This document shows positions 13,154 to 25,521 of a stretch of 64,000 nucleotides of DNA, one piece after another. The notes below the pieces were generated by a model. It was given only the letters and a program-made list of their open reading frames with translations. It ran no database searches and was not told where the DNA came from. The stretch is taken from assembly GCA_001244265.2 (NCBI GenBank), contig CDLV01000004.1:744001-808000 (forward strand). Direction: 5' to 3'. This DNA comes from Microbotryum violaceum. Taxonomy: Eukaryota. The position numbers and the translations under genes were made by a program. Numbering within the stretch: position 1 is the stretch's first letter; every line of letters begins with the position of its first letter.

Positions 13154-14600
13154 CTAGGTTCGGCGGCGCGCTCCGCGCGCCACCTCACACCGTAACCGTT
13201 GACCTGCAATGTGATGTACTTGGTTGCAACAGCTGCGGTACTGCTGAGTAGCGGAAGCGTAGTGGTTGAAGTCGGGAGAGAAGCGTGCGACGACGATCAG
13301 ATATACAGAGCCTTCATTCCATCACTGAACTCCTTTTTCGTTCTCTGGGAGCCCAATGATGGGCTCAGACCGTCGTCGAGACCCGCATCGAGTGTGGAGC
13401 AACGCCATCTCGGTGAAGTTGATACTCTGAAGATACTCGATTAAGAACAGTGATGCGTCTTCGTTTTCGATCGAATCCGCGCTGTAGAACGCTTGAGCGT
13501 CACCCGGCAGCAGGTCGAGCCCCATGCCATTGATGTGATCCACCTGCGAATTTTTGGGCGCCAGTTTTGCTCGCTCTCGGAAGTATTCGACTTTTTCGCC
13601 TATCGACATATTGTCCAGTTCGAGCGCGGGGACAGGATAGACGTGTCTGATCAACCCGGAGCTGTTCCTTGTGGTCGCCGGCAGAAGCTCACGTGGGAGC
13701 GCGATAGAGTCTTCTGTTCTGTTCGCCGAGCCGTCCCCAACTCCGAAGAAATCTGCAAAGCGCTGTGCCTTTGCCTGTTCCGTTTCGGTCATGCGGTCTG
13801 CAGCGGCCAGAAGCCAGAAGACGCATTGTTGGTCTGCGCTCGCACCGTGCCATTGTTAGTATAGGGTCTAAAGGTCAGGCGAGGACTACTACTTACAGAG
13901 AGATCCCTGCAGAAGTCAGCATTCATGATGCGAGCATCGACGATTTGTGCAGGCGATGACTTGGAATAAGGGGAAGGCATTGCTTCGGATCCTCTGTGAT
14001 GTTACAGTCCAACCGGTCAGTCAGTCATGCTGCCCTGTGCCTTGCTTTTAAAAGATTGGCACATACCTGCCAACACGACGGTCACTCCGCCGAACCGAGC
14101 CATTGAGGATCTGCCACGGGATGGTGAGCCGCAATTCACGCAATCAGAGCCCACGTTCGCCGAGGTTCCATTTCCCATCAAAGCAGTCTGGCACATGAGT
14201 CTCTGCTTCCCAGACGACCGGTTTTGCGTGCCTGCCACATCGTAGTGTAGTTCCTTCAACCATTCAGTTCTGCCACTGCCGAGCAGTCATCTGCAAGCTT
14301 TCACGTCCCGTCTCCTGTACAACAATCTTCACGGAGAGCAGCGGGGCAGCAGAGACGTCGGCAGCTGCTCGCGTTCCTCCTCTGCACATTCCGACTCCTC
14401 CCGACTCCCGCTCTAATCGCACAGACGCCGCCGCCAGCAACCTCGAACAATCGCCGAAGCTCAGCGGCAACGATGCCTTCGCCAGAAGCAGCAGCGCGAA
14501 ACCGATCAAGACGACGTCGCGCAAACTGGTTCGTCAAGTCAACTGCACCGGCAGCAGGCAGTCTCAATGTCGCACGGCAAGTACAACGGGCCCGCAGTTC
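13154..14600 (-). mobile_element. Helitron 3' portion with PIF1 helicase remnant
   Basis: [32 protein letters not shown]. The 3' hairpin GGCGCGC-GGA-GCGCGCC is followed by CTAG at 13154-13157 and then T. Confidence 0.88.
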
Positions 14601-14714
14601 TTCACCTCCAAGCTTGAGATTCGTTCGTACTTGAATCAGTTCCGGACCTCGGGTAGCGTCGGCCAGTGCGCCAATTCCGCCGTTAGGGGCCCCGCCAGCG
14701 TGTCACGGGCTTGC

Positions 14715-16692
14715 CGACACTGGGCTTCACTCCACGACATTCCGCGGCCTTCCGGGACATTCTATGAGCCCGGTTTAAACTGAGGCGCAGGCTTCTCCAT
14801 CTTTCTCCCTTCTGCTCTTCACCCCTGACCCATGGCACCTCATCCCAACACCAACTTGAGCTCGCGACATCTGAAGCGGTCGTCGTGGAAGCTCTGCAAC
14901 GAATACGGGATCAAGAAATGGCTGCCGCATGCAACATAGCTACGAATTCGAGTAAGTAACTTCATGAACTGTGCTCTTGGTGTGGGATTGTTCAGAAGCT
15001 AACTACCAAGCAGAAATTCCTTTCAACATGTCCTCTTTGAATGTCAACTCTCGAGTTGTTTCTTCACCGTCAGCTGGTGACACTGCGTGCGTGAGTTATC
15101 CCTTGACATGACTGTGCAGTCTTAGATATGACGGAAAAACTAATACGAAAAACAGACATTGAAAGTCAGTGAAACAGCGGAAGGATTGATTTTGTACGGT
15201 TGAGAATCCGGGTTATCGGCACACTAAATGTGAATCTTCACTGCCATTGCTACAGATGGACAACAGCAAGAATACTGATAGTTCTGTAGGACAAATCACG
15301 CAAAAAAAAGAAGGGGTTCCCTGCATTGCGGCTCACCATTTGTGGCAGATCCTCAACGGCTCAGTTCGGTGGCATGATGGTTGTGTTGGCAGGTGTGTGC
15401 CGATCTTTCAACAGCACAGCGCAGGGCAACATAACTAACTGACCAATTGGGCTATAACATCACAGGGGACAAGTTTTCTCAAGATGCCTTCCCGTTATTT
15501 CCAAGTCATCGCCTGCACAAATCGTCGACGCTTGTATCATGGAATGCTGAATTCTAGGGGGAAGTCGAGGTGTTGCATCTAACTGTAAGTAGCAGTCCTT
15601 GCCTGACTTTGAGACCCTATACTAACAGCGGCACGGTGCAAACGCAGGCAAACATGCGGACATTGAACCGACCCGAACTATGCCCGAGACAAATCGGCCT
15701 CGAGCTTGCGACACCCGAAGGGGTCGTCATGGAAGCTCTGCAACGAACACGGAACAAGTTTTCTCAAGAAACTGTGCAGCATGCAGTATAGATCCCGTGG
15801 CAGATCCTCGACGGCTCGGTTGCGTGTAGTGACCGTCGCGATGGCAGGTGTGTGCCAATCTTTCAAAAGCAAAGCGCAGGGCAGCATGCTTAACTGACCG
15901 GTTGGACTGTAACATCACAAGAAATCCGAAGCAATGCGTTCCCGTCATCCTCAACGGCTCGGTTCGGTGGAGTGGAGTGCCCGTCGTGTTGGCAGGTATG
16001 TGCCAATCTTTCAAAAGCAAGGCGCAGGGCAGCATGACTGACTGACCGGTTGGACTGTAACATCACAGAGGATCCGAAGCAATGCCTTCCCGTTATTCCA
16101 AGTCATTGCCTGCACAAATCGTTGATGCTTGCATCATACATGCTGACTTCTGCAGGGATCTCTCTGTAAGTAGTGGTCTTTGCCTGACCTTTAGACCCTA
16201 TGTTAACTACGGCACGGTGCGAGCGCAGACAAACATGCCTCTTCAGGCCCCTGCAGACCGCATGACCGCAACGGAACAGACGAAGGCACAGGGCTCTGCA
16301 GATTGGCTCTTAGGAGTTGGAGACGGCTCGGCGAACAAAACATAAGACTCTATCGCGCTCCCACGTGACCTTCTCCTGCAGGCAACCACGAGGAACATCC
16401 TGGTTGATCAGACACGTTCATCCCGTCCCCGCGCTCGAACTGGACAATATGTTGATAGGCGAAAAAGTCGAATACTTCCGAGAGCGAGCAAAACTGGCGT
16501 CCAAAAATTCGCAGGTGGATCACATCAACGACATGGGGCTCGACCTGCTGCCGGGTGACGCTCAAACGTTCTACAGCGCGGATCTAGCTTTCCGTTACTG
16601 AACAGTACCGCAGCTGTTGCAGCGAAGTACATCACATTGTAGGTCAACGGTTACGGTGTGAGGTGGCGCGCGGAGCGCGCCGCCAAACCTAG
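14715..16692 (+). mobile_element. Non-autonomous Helitron with internal duplications and PIF1 remnant
   Basis: PIF1 fragment 16317-16601; three copies of a ~130-170 bp unit (~15340, 15800, 15945); 3' hairpin followed by CTAG|T at 16689-16693. Confidence 0.85.
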
Positions 16693-16730
16693 TTATCCTT
16701 AAAACTATCCTTAAAACTTATAAAATAAAA

Positions 16731-18863
16731 TTAGGTTTGGCGGCGCGCTCCGCGCGCCACCTCACACTGAAAATCAGCAGTTCTGTTACATCATTGCAGA
16801 TGGCTACGGTTTTACGCTGCTTTCATCTATGTTTTCGGGAGTTCTTGCAGGACTGGACAGAAGTTCCGAGCTTTGATCATCGGCAGCTCCACCTTGCCGT
16901 CGTTGCGACTTGCCCTGAATACTGGAGGATCCCGTCCTCCCAAGCGTTCAAAGTCCCAGTGGAAGGCGTTACACTTCCGACACAGAAGATCCATTGCACC
17001 TAAGTCGTGTCAAGGGTAGGCTCCCGGCAGTGGACGCAGTGCAATCGGTGACTGCGGTGGGTGGATGTCGCCGTGCGTTCAGTTCCTGCGGTGGAGGCGA
17101 TTGTCCAACGCAATCATTTCTCCCTGATCTCCTGGAGGTGGACTGATTCGTTGTGATTTGGCAAAGGCAGGGTCGGGCGGAAAACTGTGCGGGACCGGAA
17201 CGGAACGCTCTCGCTCAAGCCTTTCCCGTTGACAACGTCTTTGCTGATATTGAGACCTTCGAGAGATCGCAGCGTTCACAGGCGGTGGATCCATTGGATG
17301 ACGACATCCACCGGGACAGAGTGGACGTCAGGCGTTGGCTGGGGTGGAGGCGATTGATTGATAGAATCATTTGCTGCCTTTCCCTGAGTCTCCGCACTTG
17401 ATTTGCCCTAGATCCTCTGGAAGTAGAATGATTCGTCGATGTTGATATGGTAGAGGCAGGGTTTGGCGAAGAACCGTGTGGGACCGGACCGGAACGCTCT
17501 CGCTCAGGCCTTTCCCATTGACAATGTTGTTGCTGGCCTTCAGACCTCCGAGACGTTGTGCAGCTATCAGTATTTTTTCTGTTGTCCATCTGTAGCAATG
17601 GCAGTGAAGACTTGCATTTAGTGTTCCCATGACCCGGATTCTGTACAGTACGAAGTCAAGCCGCACCTCAACTTCCCCCCAGAAGTCAGCATTCCATGAA
17701 GCAAGCGACTTGGGTATAACGAAGAGGCATTGCTTCGGATCCCCTGTGATGGTACAGCCTTACCGGTCAGTTAGTCATGCTGCCCTGCGCTTTGCTTTTG
17801 AAAAATTGGCACATACCTGCCAACACGACGGTCACTCCACCGAACCGAGCCGTTGAGGATCTGCCACGAGATGGACTCAACTTGCCCCCAGAAGCCAGCA
17901 TTCCATGATGCAAGCGTCAACGATTTGTGCAGGCCATGACTTTGGAATACGGGGAGGCATCTTGAGAAAACTTGTCCCCTGTGATGTTACAGTCCAACCG
18001 GTCAGTTAGTCATGCTGCCCTGTGCTGTGCTGCTGAAACATTGGCACGCACCTGCCAACGCGATGGTCACCCCACCGAACCAAGACATTGAGGATCTGCC
18101 ACGGGATGATGAGCCGCAATTCACGCGACCAGAGCCTGTTTTCTTGAGTGATTCGTTACAACTATCAGTATTCTTGCTGTTGTCCATCTGTAGCAATGAC
18201 AGTGAAGACTCACATTTGGTGTGCCAATGACCCGGATTGTCAACCATATACGAAATCAATCCTTCCGCTGTTTCACTGACTTTCATGTCTGTTTTTCGTA
18301 TCAGTTTTTCCGTCATATCTAAGACTGCACAGTCATGTCAAGGGATAACTCACGCATGCAATGTCACCAGCTGACGGTGAAGAAACGACTCGAGGTGACA
18401 TTCAAAGAAGACGTGTTGAAGGGAAAAGGTGTGAAGAGCAGGAGGGAGAAAGATGGGGAAGCCTGCGCCTCAGTTTGAACCGGACTCATAGAATGTCGTG
18501 GAAGGCAGCGGAACGTCGTGGAGTGAAGCCCGAAGCAGAGGGTCATGTGCCAGGCTGCTTTGATGGGAAATGGAACCTCGATGAACGTTGGAACCTCGGC
18601 GAACGTGGACAAAACGGTCTGTCGCCACGTGGGTTGTCTCCCGTTCTCTGACGTTCTTTGACGTCGACGTGGTAGACACGCAAAACAGTCTACTTTGGAA
18701 CACATAGAGTCACGTGCTATTCAATGGAACCTCGGCAAACGTAGGCGAAACGGTCTGAAACAGCGTTAGCTAGCTGGGACGCTGGACCAAGAGCTGCCTA
18801 TGACGTTACGTCACGTGGTTTGTCTTTGTCTCAGGACGTTTTTTATTTTATAAGTTTTAAGGA
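16731..18863 (-). mobile_element. Non-autonomous Helitron with both termini
   Basis: 5' A|TCCTTAAAACTTATAAAA at 18863; 3' hairpin plus CTAA|T at 16731; no TSD, as expected for Helitrons. Confidence 0.82.
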
Positions 18864-19007
18864 TTACAGTGTTATATGGACCAACTACTTCCTGAATATA
18901 TGCTCCTTAGCCTCATTGAATAAAATCAAGTGAAGCGCCTTTTGATGGGATTTTAGCACAGAAACTTGTTGGGGTCAAGAAAGCAATCCGCCCGCTTGTG
19001 TGCAAGT

Positions 19008-19225
19008 ACAGGCTTCGCAGTTACGTATGCAAAGTGTAAGTGAGGTCAAACGTTAAGCGCGTGTTAAGCGATCCTTAAGCAGGGCGAGTCATCGCAGCGC
19101 TGGCTATGCGCGGATTATGAGGTTCGCCCAATTCAGCCGCGTGCGTATGCGTCCTTATGCACATCTTATGCACCGTTAAGCGCGCGTAATTTCGGGCGAA
19201 TCCTTAAGCGGGTTCGCGCGCGTGG
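19008..19225. repeat. TTAAGC/TTATGC short-repeat array; candidate transposon subterminal region
   Basis: About 10 T(T)A(A/T)GC motifs mixed with CGCG runs. Confidence 0.45.
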
Positions 19226-20911
19226 CCATTTTGCTGATGGGACCTAGTCGTTGGCTGAGGTCGAAGCAGTCGTCATTACCGGTACCAATAGGGTCGAGAA
19301 GTTTCGCGAGTGTAGAAGCAATAAGCACTGCCATTCGAGCGAAACGAATAAGGTGCAGAAGCGAACAGGCATTTCTCTCGCCTACTCCACTCTAAACGCG
19401 GTTACTACTTGAGACGCTGCCAGAGGCTTGTGTGTCGTTTGACAGCGCCGTGTCGTCGATCTGAGCGATCTGAGCGCCGACTACGTTTGAGAGTCCGGGA
19501 GAAGACTTAGCGAGAATCGTGGAGCAATGGGCGCAGTCGCGGACATTTTCTCAGTAGTCGTGCATATTAATGACAGTAACTCAAAATCTAATCAAGCTCT
19601 GTGAGCCTGCGCATAACCCGCGCGCGCGCCTCCGTTTCTCCCTTTGCCTCTTTCCGTTCACGTGTTCAGCCCTTCTCCCACCCAACTTTCTGTCCCCTGC
19701 CACACGGAAGCTCAGCAATGGGAGGATCTGCATCCGGGAATGACGAGGAGATTCAAAGTCTGAATGGGAAGGGCATGGTGAGCTCAGCTTGGAGTAATTG
19801 TTCTGACTCAAGGGTGTGCTTCGCCACGTTCGGGCTCAGGTTCGGGCTGATTCGGGCTGACTCACGTTCGGGCTAAGTCGGCCAACTTTTCGCTGACGTG
19901 TCGCCTCGGTCCACGCCCTGCAGCCAGAAAGTACCTCGATGCGGATGGCATGTACGTACGAAACGACAAAGGCGATATGAGCTTGTGTGAGTTTAATTGC
20001 AAGCACGAGCAAACTGACAACGTCCCTTAAGATCGGCTTCGCGTAGGTCCCGGCAATTTCAACGAGCAGAACCCGACCACCGACTAGCTCTGACTTTCTT
20101 GCACCACTCGTAACATTCCTCGACCCAGTAGGTGATGCAGTAGCGGCAGAGATTAGAACACCTGTTCCGTTCCAAGTGTTTGGGCCGCTTGCGGAGATCG
20201 GCTTGGAATGGTCTCACAGCTAGCAACTGCTCGAAGAACATCATCCCAAGGACGCGCTCAGACTCGTCTGTGCCAGAACAAGCACCTACACTATTGTGGA
20301 GGAACATGCTGTTTCGAAGCAGTAGGAATCGTCAAGTATGTAAGTAACACGCGCCGGTCCTTACCTTGACTGTGCAATCACTTCTCCCTCGGCCCTTGCA
20401 GAATCGACATGTTTACTTGCGGTCACATCGGATGACCGGCTCTAGAGGCCCGGGCCCGTCAAGAACCAAGAAGACCAATCAGAACCTCAACAGAAGCCTA
20501 CAGATCATCTACAAGAGGAACCTTGGCAACCGTCGAAACGAAGAGGAACAAGACAAGGATCAGGGACAGGACAAAGAAGACGTCAAGGAGTTGGAACGCA
20601 ATTGAAGGACTTGAGGAAGCGGAGCACGCGCGGCAGCTGCGGATGATTTGGACGCCAACAATCTAAACCATCCGGCTACGGGTCAGATATGGTAACGAAG
20701 GTAGACACTTGCTAGCACTAATACATACCACAATATGTACTACGACATCTGGCATGCAATATAAAATGGCTGCATCAACACTAGTAATATGAACGCGAGC
20801 ATTAGTAATTTATGATACAGATCCTGATGAGTAAGCTAATGCCAATTGAGCTCGCACTAGCAATTAATGATATAGAACCTAATGAGCAAGCTGATGTGAA
20901 TTAAGCTCGAT

Positions 20912-21070
20912 CACGCTCCCGAAAAGAGCCCCTATTGAGACGTTTTGGATGGTATTACCCACTAAAATTGGAAATACCCGAACCGAAGGGAATACCGTCT
21001 GCTTGGGTAATACCCAACCAGCGAGTATTACCGTAGCCCGGGGAATACCCATCTGAATGGATATTCCCCG
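20912..21070. repeat. ATACCC/TTACC array; candidate DNA transposon end
   Basis: Starts CACGCTCCCGAAAA and has about seven TACC(C) motifs in both orientations. Confidence 0.4.
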
Positions 21071-22049
21071 CCAAAAATGTCGCTCAGTGCAAGTCAAGGG
21101 TCTCGAAGATAAAGGTTTTCGGACCCTTCGACCAGTCGATCATGGCTCACGTCTCGGCAGCCCTCAACGTTGCCATGAAGTGGGCTGAGCTCGCGGTCGA
21201 GCACCAGTCGTCGTGGGCCCGGGCAATGGAGCGCCCGGTGGACGATCTCATCGAGGCGCGTGGCCGCATTCAAGCCATGGAGGAGGCAACGCTGAGGATT
21301 GGAAGCCAATTCTTCCTCTTCTCAAACCTGTAGTGTGAAAGGCACAAGATTGCTCTCGAGCCTCACTGGTTCCGAGTCCAAACTGAAAGGATCAAACGGT
21401 GTAATTTGCAGGCGAAGAAAGACTACTAAAAGGACTAAGGTCAAGAGATGCGTCCAATCCTGCGTTCGTGAACACGCATGTTCTTCCTGTAAAGGCCAGC
21501 ATGAGGCTTATATCCATGTTGGGTCCGCATGTCCGAGTTGGCGCGTCTGTATCACCAACCTTTCCCCACTCTTGTGTCGTACCGTCACTTGCGCCTCATG
21601 TCCGCACCCTACGATTTGAACCGCTTCCTGTGGCCCTTTCTGAGGTTGTTACCTCTCAGGCATCGCGTGGCCGGCCTCCGTTCTCTGGTTCAGGGGTCGA
21701 ATCCCCCACCATTCGCGCTTCCCCACATCCGTGTACGTGTAGACGCCCGATCCCGACGGACCGGCTAGTATGGTATAGCAAAGCGGTCGATCAAAAATGA
21801 TATGGAACGATAAGGGAAAACGATGGAACCGAGACCGAAGACGAGAAAGACAAGAGAGGGGCTCAAACCGAGAAACAAGACCGAGTACGAGAACGAAACA
21901 CGCAGACTGGAGGCTGGAGACTGGAGACAAGAGACGAGACTTGAAACACACAGAAAGTGAGAGCCAGCTAAGATGCTGTATTGGATCCTAGAAGTGGTCT
22001 GCCTAAAACTAAATGCCACCGTCGAGGTCTCCAGCAAAGGTGCGCCTCC

Positions 22050-23632
22050 AGCCTATGTCACCACCGCGTCCACTAGGCCCCCTTTACTTACCCTTCATCG
22101 CCGTTACGGCCATGCCCCTATCCAGGCCATTAAAAGGCTGGCGGCATCCGGTCAGGTGAAGGGTTTGGATTGGACCTATAGTGACTCCGAGTGTGTAAAG
22201 TTCACATGCAATGCCTGCCTAGCCTCCAAAACCCATCGGTCACCTTTCCCCTCGTCGTTGTCTCACGCGGCCGAACCCCTCGCCTTGGTGCACTCGGATG
22301 TCCTGTTGTTCCCAGAGGAATCTATCAATCACTCCCGTTACATTGTCACGTTCGTTGATGATTACTCAAGGAAGACTTGGGTGTACCCAATCAGCCACAA
22401 GAGCAATGTGCTGCCAATGTTCAAGGACTGGCTGTTGGAAATCAAGAATGCCACCGGTCGCCGTTTAAAAACCCTACGATCAGACAACGGAGGCAAATAT
22501 ATCTCGAGTGCTTTCAACGGATATTGTGCAGCCCGTGGGATCCGTCACAAATTGACCATTCCATACATGCCTGAGCAGAACGGTCGGGCCGAACGCGTCA
22601 ACAGATCCATCGTCGAAGGCACTCTTGCCCTCCTGTCGCACTCGGGCTTACCACGATCATGTTGGGATGAAGCGGCCGTGTGTTATATCCACACCAAAAA
22701 CCTATCATCTCACGCGGCCCTCAAGGGGGGAGTCCCTAATAATCGTTGGTCGGGTACCGCTCCGCTGGTGACGGCTCTCCGAGCATTCAGATGCCGCGCC
22801 TGGGCTACCGTCCCGGGTCACCGACGCGACAAACTCGATCCGAAGGGCATACCTCTCGTTTTTGTCGGCTACGATCGTCATGCCAAAGCGTATTGGCTCC
22901 TTGACCCCGCTTCCATGTGCGTCAGCCTCAGCCGTGACGTCAAATTCGTGGAGGCCGATTTCCCCTTCCTCTCCATGCCCAAACGCGCGACAGCTCCGTC
23001 TATTCCGGGTTACCGCCCGATCGCTCAGCCTATGCTGCAACCTGAGGGGCCACGCGCGATGCCGTTGATCGCCGAGCCTGTCAAACAGCTCCCGCCGCCA
23101 AATGACGAACTCCCGGCACCGGATGACGATGCCGCCCCTGTCCGCAGCGACGCGACCGATGCCGCCGAAGTCCTGCCGCCGCCAGAGCAAGTCCCTGAAC
23201 CGCCTGCCAAAGTCAAGCCGGCGTGGGAATACAGCGATCTGGCAACAGTGTGTCCTGATCCGGGAAAGTATGGCGAAGTCAACCCGCGTAACATCATCGA
23301 GGGCCCGCGCACTTGTCGCCGACTTGTCCCAACCATGATCACGAAGGAGCGACTCGACAGAGGCCTTGGGTCCCAAACCGTTCCTCTTCCATCGGGAAAA
23401 CTTGGGTTTACGGGGTACAGTGGTATGACAGCACGGGGGGGTGTCAAAAGGGTATTACTGTTTCATCCCACTTAGAATAGTTTAGTATCTAGTTGTTGAT
23501 ATCAGCCGCGCGCCTCTAGCCTTCCAAGTGCGCGCACCCTTAGCCCTTCTCTCTCTTCTCCAACTATCTTTACTACCATCTACGGCTCTCATACTTACGT
23601 ACCTCATGCCTCGGGCCTCAGATGTTCTAAAA
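22050..23632 (+). mobile_element. Internally deleted Ty1/copia: GAG-pre-integrase, integrase, PPT and 3' LTR (23442-~23632)
   Basis: [49 protein letters not shown]/RNase H is absent, and a G-tract precedes TGTCAAAA. Confidence 0.9.
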
Positions 23633-23639
23633 TACCGCA

Positions 23640-23722
23640 CCCTTGTATCCTTACATGTGTTGACATGTGTAAGGATACGCCCGCGCGCGCACGTGACATG
23701 CGTAAGAATACGCTCGCGCGCA
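23640..23722. repeat. Hairpin plus direct repeat
   Basis: GTATCCTTACA...TGTAAGGATAC inverted pair; the unit TGACATGYGTAAGRATACGCYCGCGCGC occurs twice. Confidence 0.55.
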
Positions 23723-24524
23723 AAGAGCACTGGCTGCTGCTGGTGAATAATTGACTCTTTCCGCACACCAGTGGTTGTAAAAGTATCGCCATGCCCATTT
23801 TTGCACTAAGTTTAGTTATACATACTATTGCTGACCGCTATCATAGCCCCTACTGTACACTACATTAGTGATTGACAAGGCCAAAACTTCACTGGACCAC
23901 TGGGGCACAACTTTGTGAGTCAAACTTGCCATCAACATGAATGTTCCCCACTGTGATTTCCTCCAGGAGCACTGCACCGCTGGAAAACATTGTAAGAGGA
24001 GAGCATCGTCAGCTCTATTGATCTGCTTTTTTGGCGTTCCTGACACTCACTATCTCGCATTCATGAAAAAAAGCCGTCGCATCTTCCATCTTCCAGACAC
24101 CTTGTCCTTCTTCAAGAGTCCCTTTGGGTGGTAGACTTGACACTTTAATGCCAATATCGGTAGGATCGGAGGGCTCATGGTATAGAATCCACATTTCGTG
24201 CCACTGCCGCGTTAGCATTAGGTTGAAGGCTTGCAAGAAGTTCAATGCCTCCTTTTCTAGCTCGTAGAAAAGAACGGAAACTAATCCGCCAGCGTTCCTG
24301 TCCCCTATCGGCCTAGCGAGAGAGCCTTTGATTGCGTCGAAATGAGAGCATGCGGCCTCTTGCCCGTATCCAACCGTCGCGTTCGTAACGAAATGTGAAT
24401 TGTTGATGTTGTGCACTCCTGACCGAAGGCGCCAGACCATCTCTGGCATTTGGTCCGAAACACCGAAGCGTAGTGTAAGGCGCGGCTCCACTAGCGCCTC
24501 ACGACCGCCTCAAGCCACCGTGCT

Positions 24525-25521
24525 ATGACTCCGAGACCGGAGCAAAATCCGGGCGGAGACGCGAACCAGCAGCAGGAAGCCCAAGTCACCGTGCCGACCG
24601 AGACCAGTGTCCCAGACGCGATGACGACAGCTGGCGACAAACAACTCACTTCGACCGCTGCTCCTCCTGTGATACCTACAACGCATGCGGAAGAGAACAG
24701 GGAAGAACCAGGAGCAGGCCGAGCGCTGCCTCCCCCGCCTCCTCGTGCACCGAAGCCGTACGATCGTGTGCGCGAGATCACGCACATTTACGACGCGTTT
24801 GCCGACCGAGGTCCCCTAGAATTCAGGGTGGCCTTCAAAGGGCAAGGCAAGAACAAAACGGAATACGTCAAATCTTCCTCGCCGGAAATGAAACCCCTTT
24901 GGGACGAATACTACAACGGAGCGAGGAACATCCTGAACCGGTTTATGGAAAATCATGCCGAGTCGAAACTGGAGCTCCGAGATGCGCTGGTCGGTTCCAG
25001 CGCATGCAAAAAACTTGGTCAAAAGAGTAGAGCTGATTCCACCAAAGTTTTGGCTGACAGCGCGCCAAAGCGGAGCAACAACGTCTCGACCCAAACCATC
25101 TCACTCGGAAGGAGCGACAGGCTCGTTCGCGAGCGATTGAACAAAGGGCTGACGATAGTCGTCGGACCAACGCGCTCTTACAACTCGAAGTCGAGACGCA
25201 AGAGCTCACCCAACGCTGGCTCGAGGCCAACGGACTGATCCGCGACTACGCAGGCCCGCTTGGAAACCTGGGGGTCTACCGTCCGTTCCCCAGAAAGGGA
25301 TAACACATCAAAGAAGCCCAGACAGGACTTCGGAGGGGAGGGTGTAAGGCCGCCCCCCTTGAGACCAGGCCTTCGACCCCGTAGCCGACGTCAAGACTGA
25401 CACTGGCGCACGGACCCTCGGCCTCCCTCAATTGGGATGCCCTTCCCCATATCTCTCTTTCTCTCTTTCCTCTCACTGGGTAGTTTTACATCTAGCTGAA
25501 ACCCAGTAAAGACACCTTGCA
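24525..25521 (+). mobile_element. Gypsy-like 3' end: chromodomain-like ORF, PPT and LTR (25343-25521)
   Basis: EITHIYD..PLEFRVAFKGQG..TEYV, followed by GGAGGGGAGGG|TGTAAGG...CCTTGCA. Confidence 0.6.

Noticed and set aside
21660-21715. tRNA- or SINE-like GGGGTCGAATCCCCCACCA
   Set aside because: Imperfect T-loop with no acceptor stem, D-arm or A-box.
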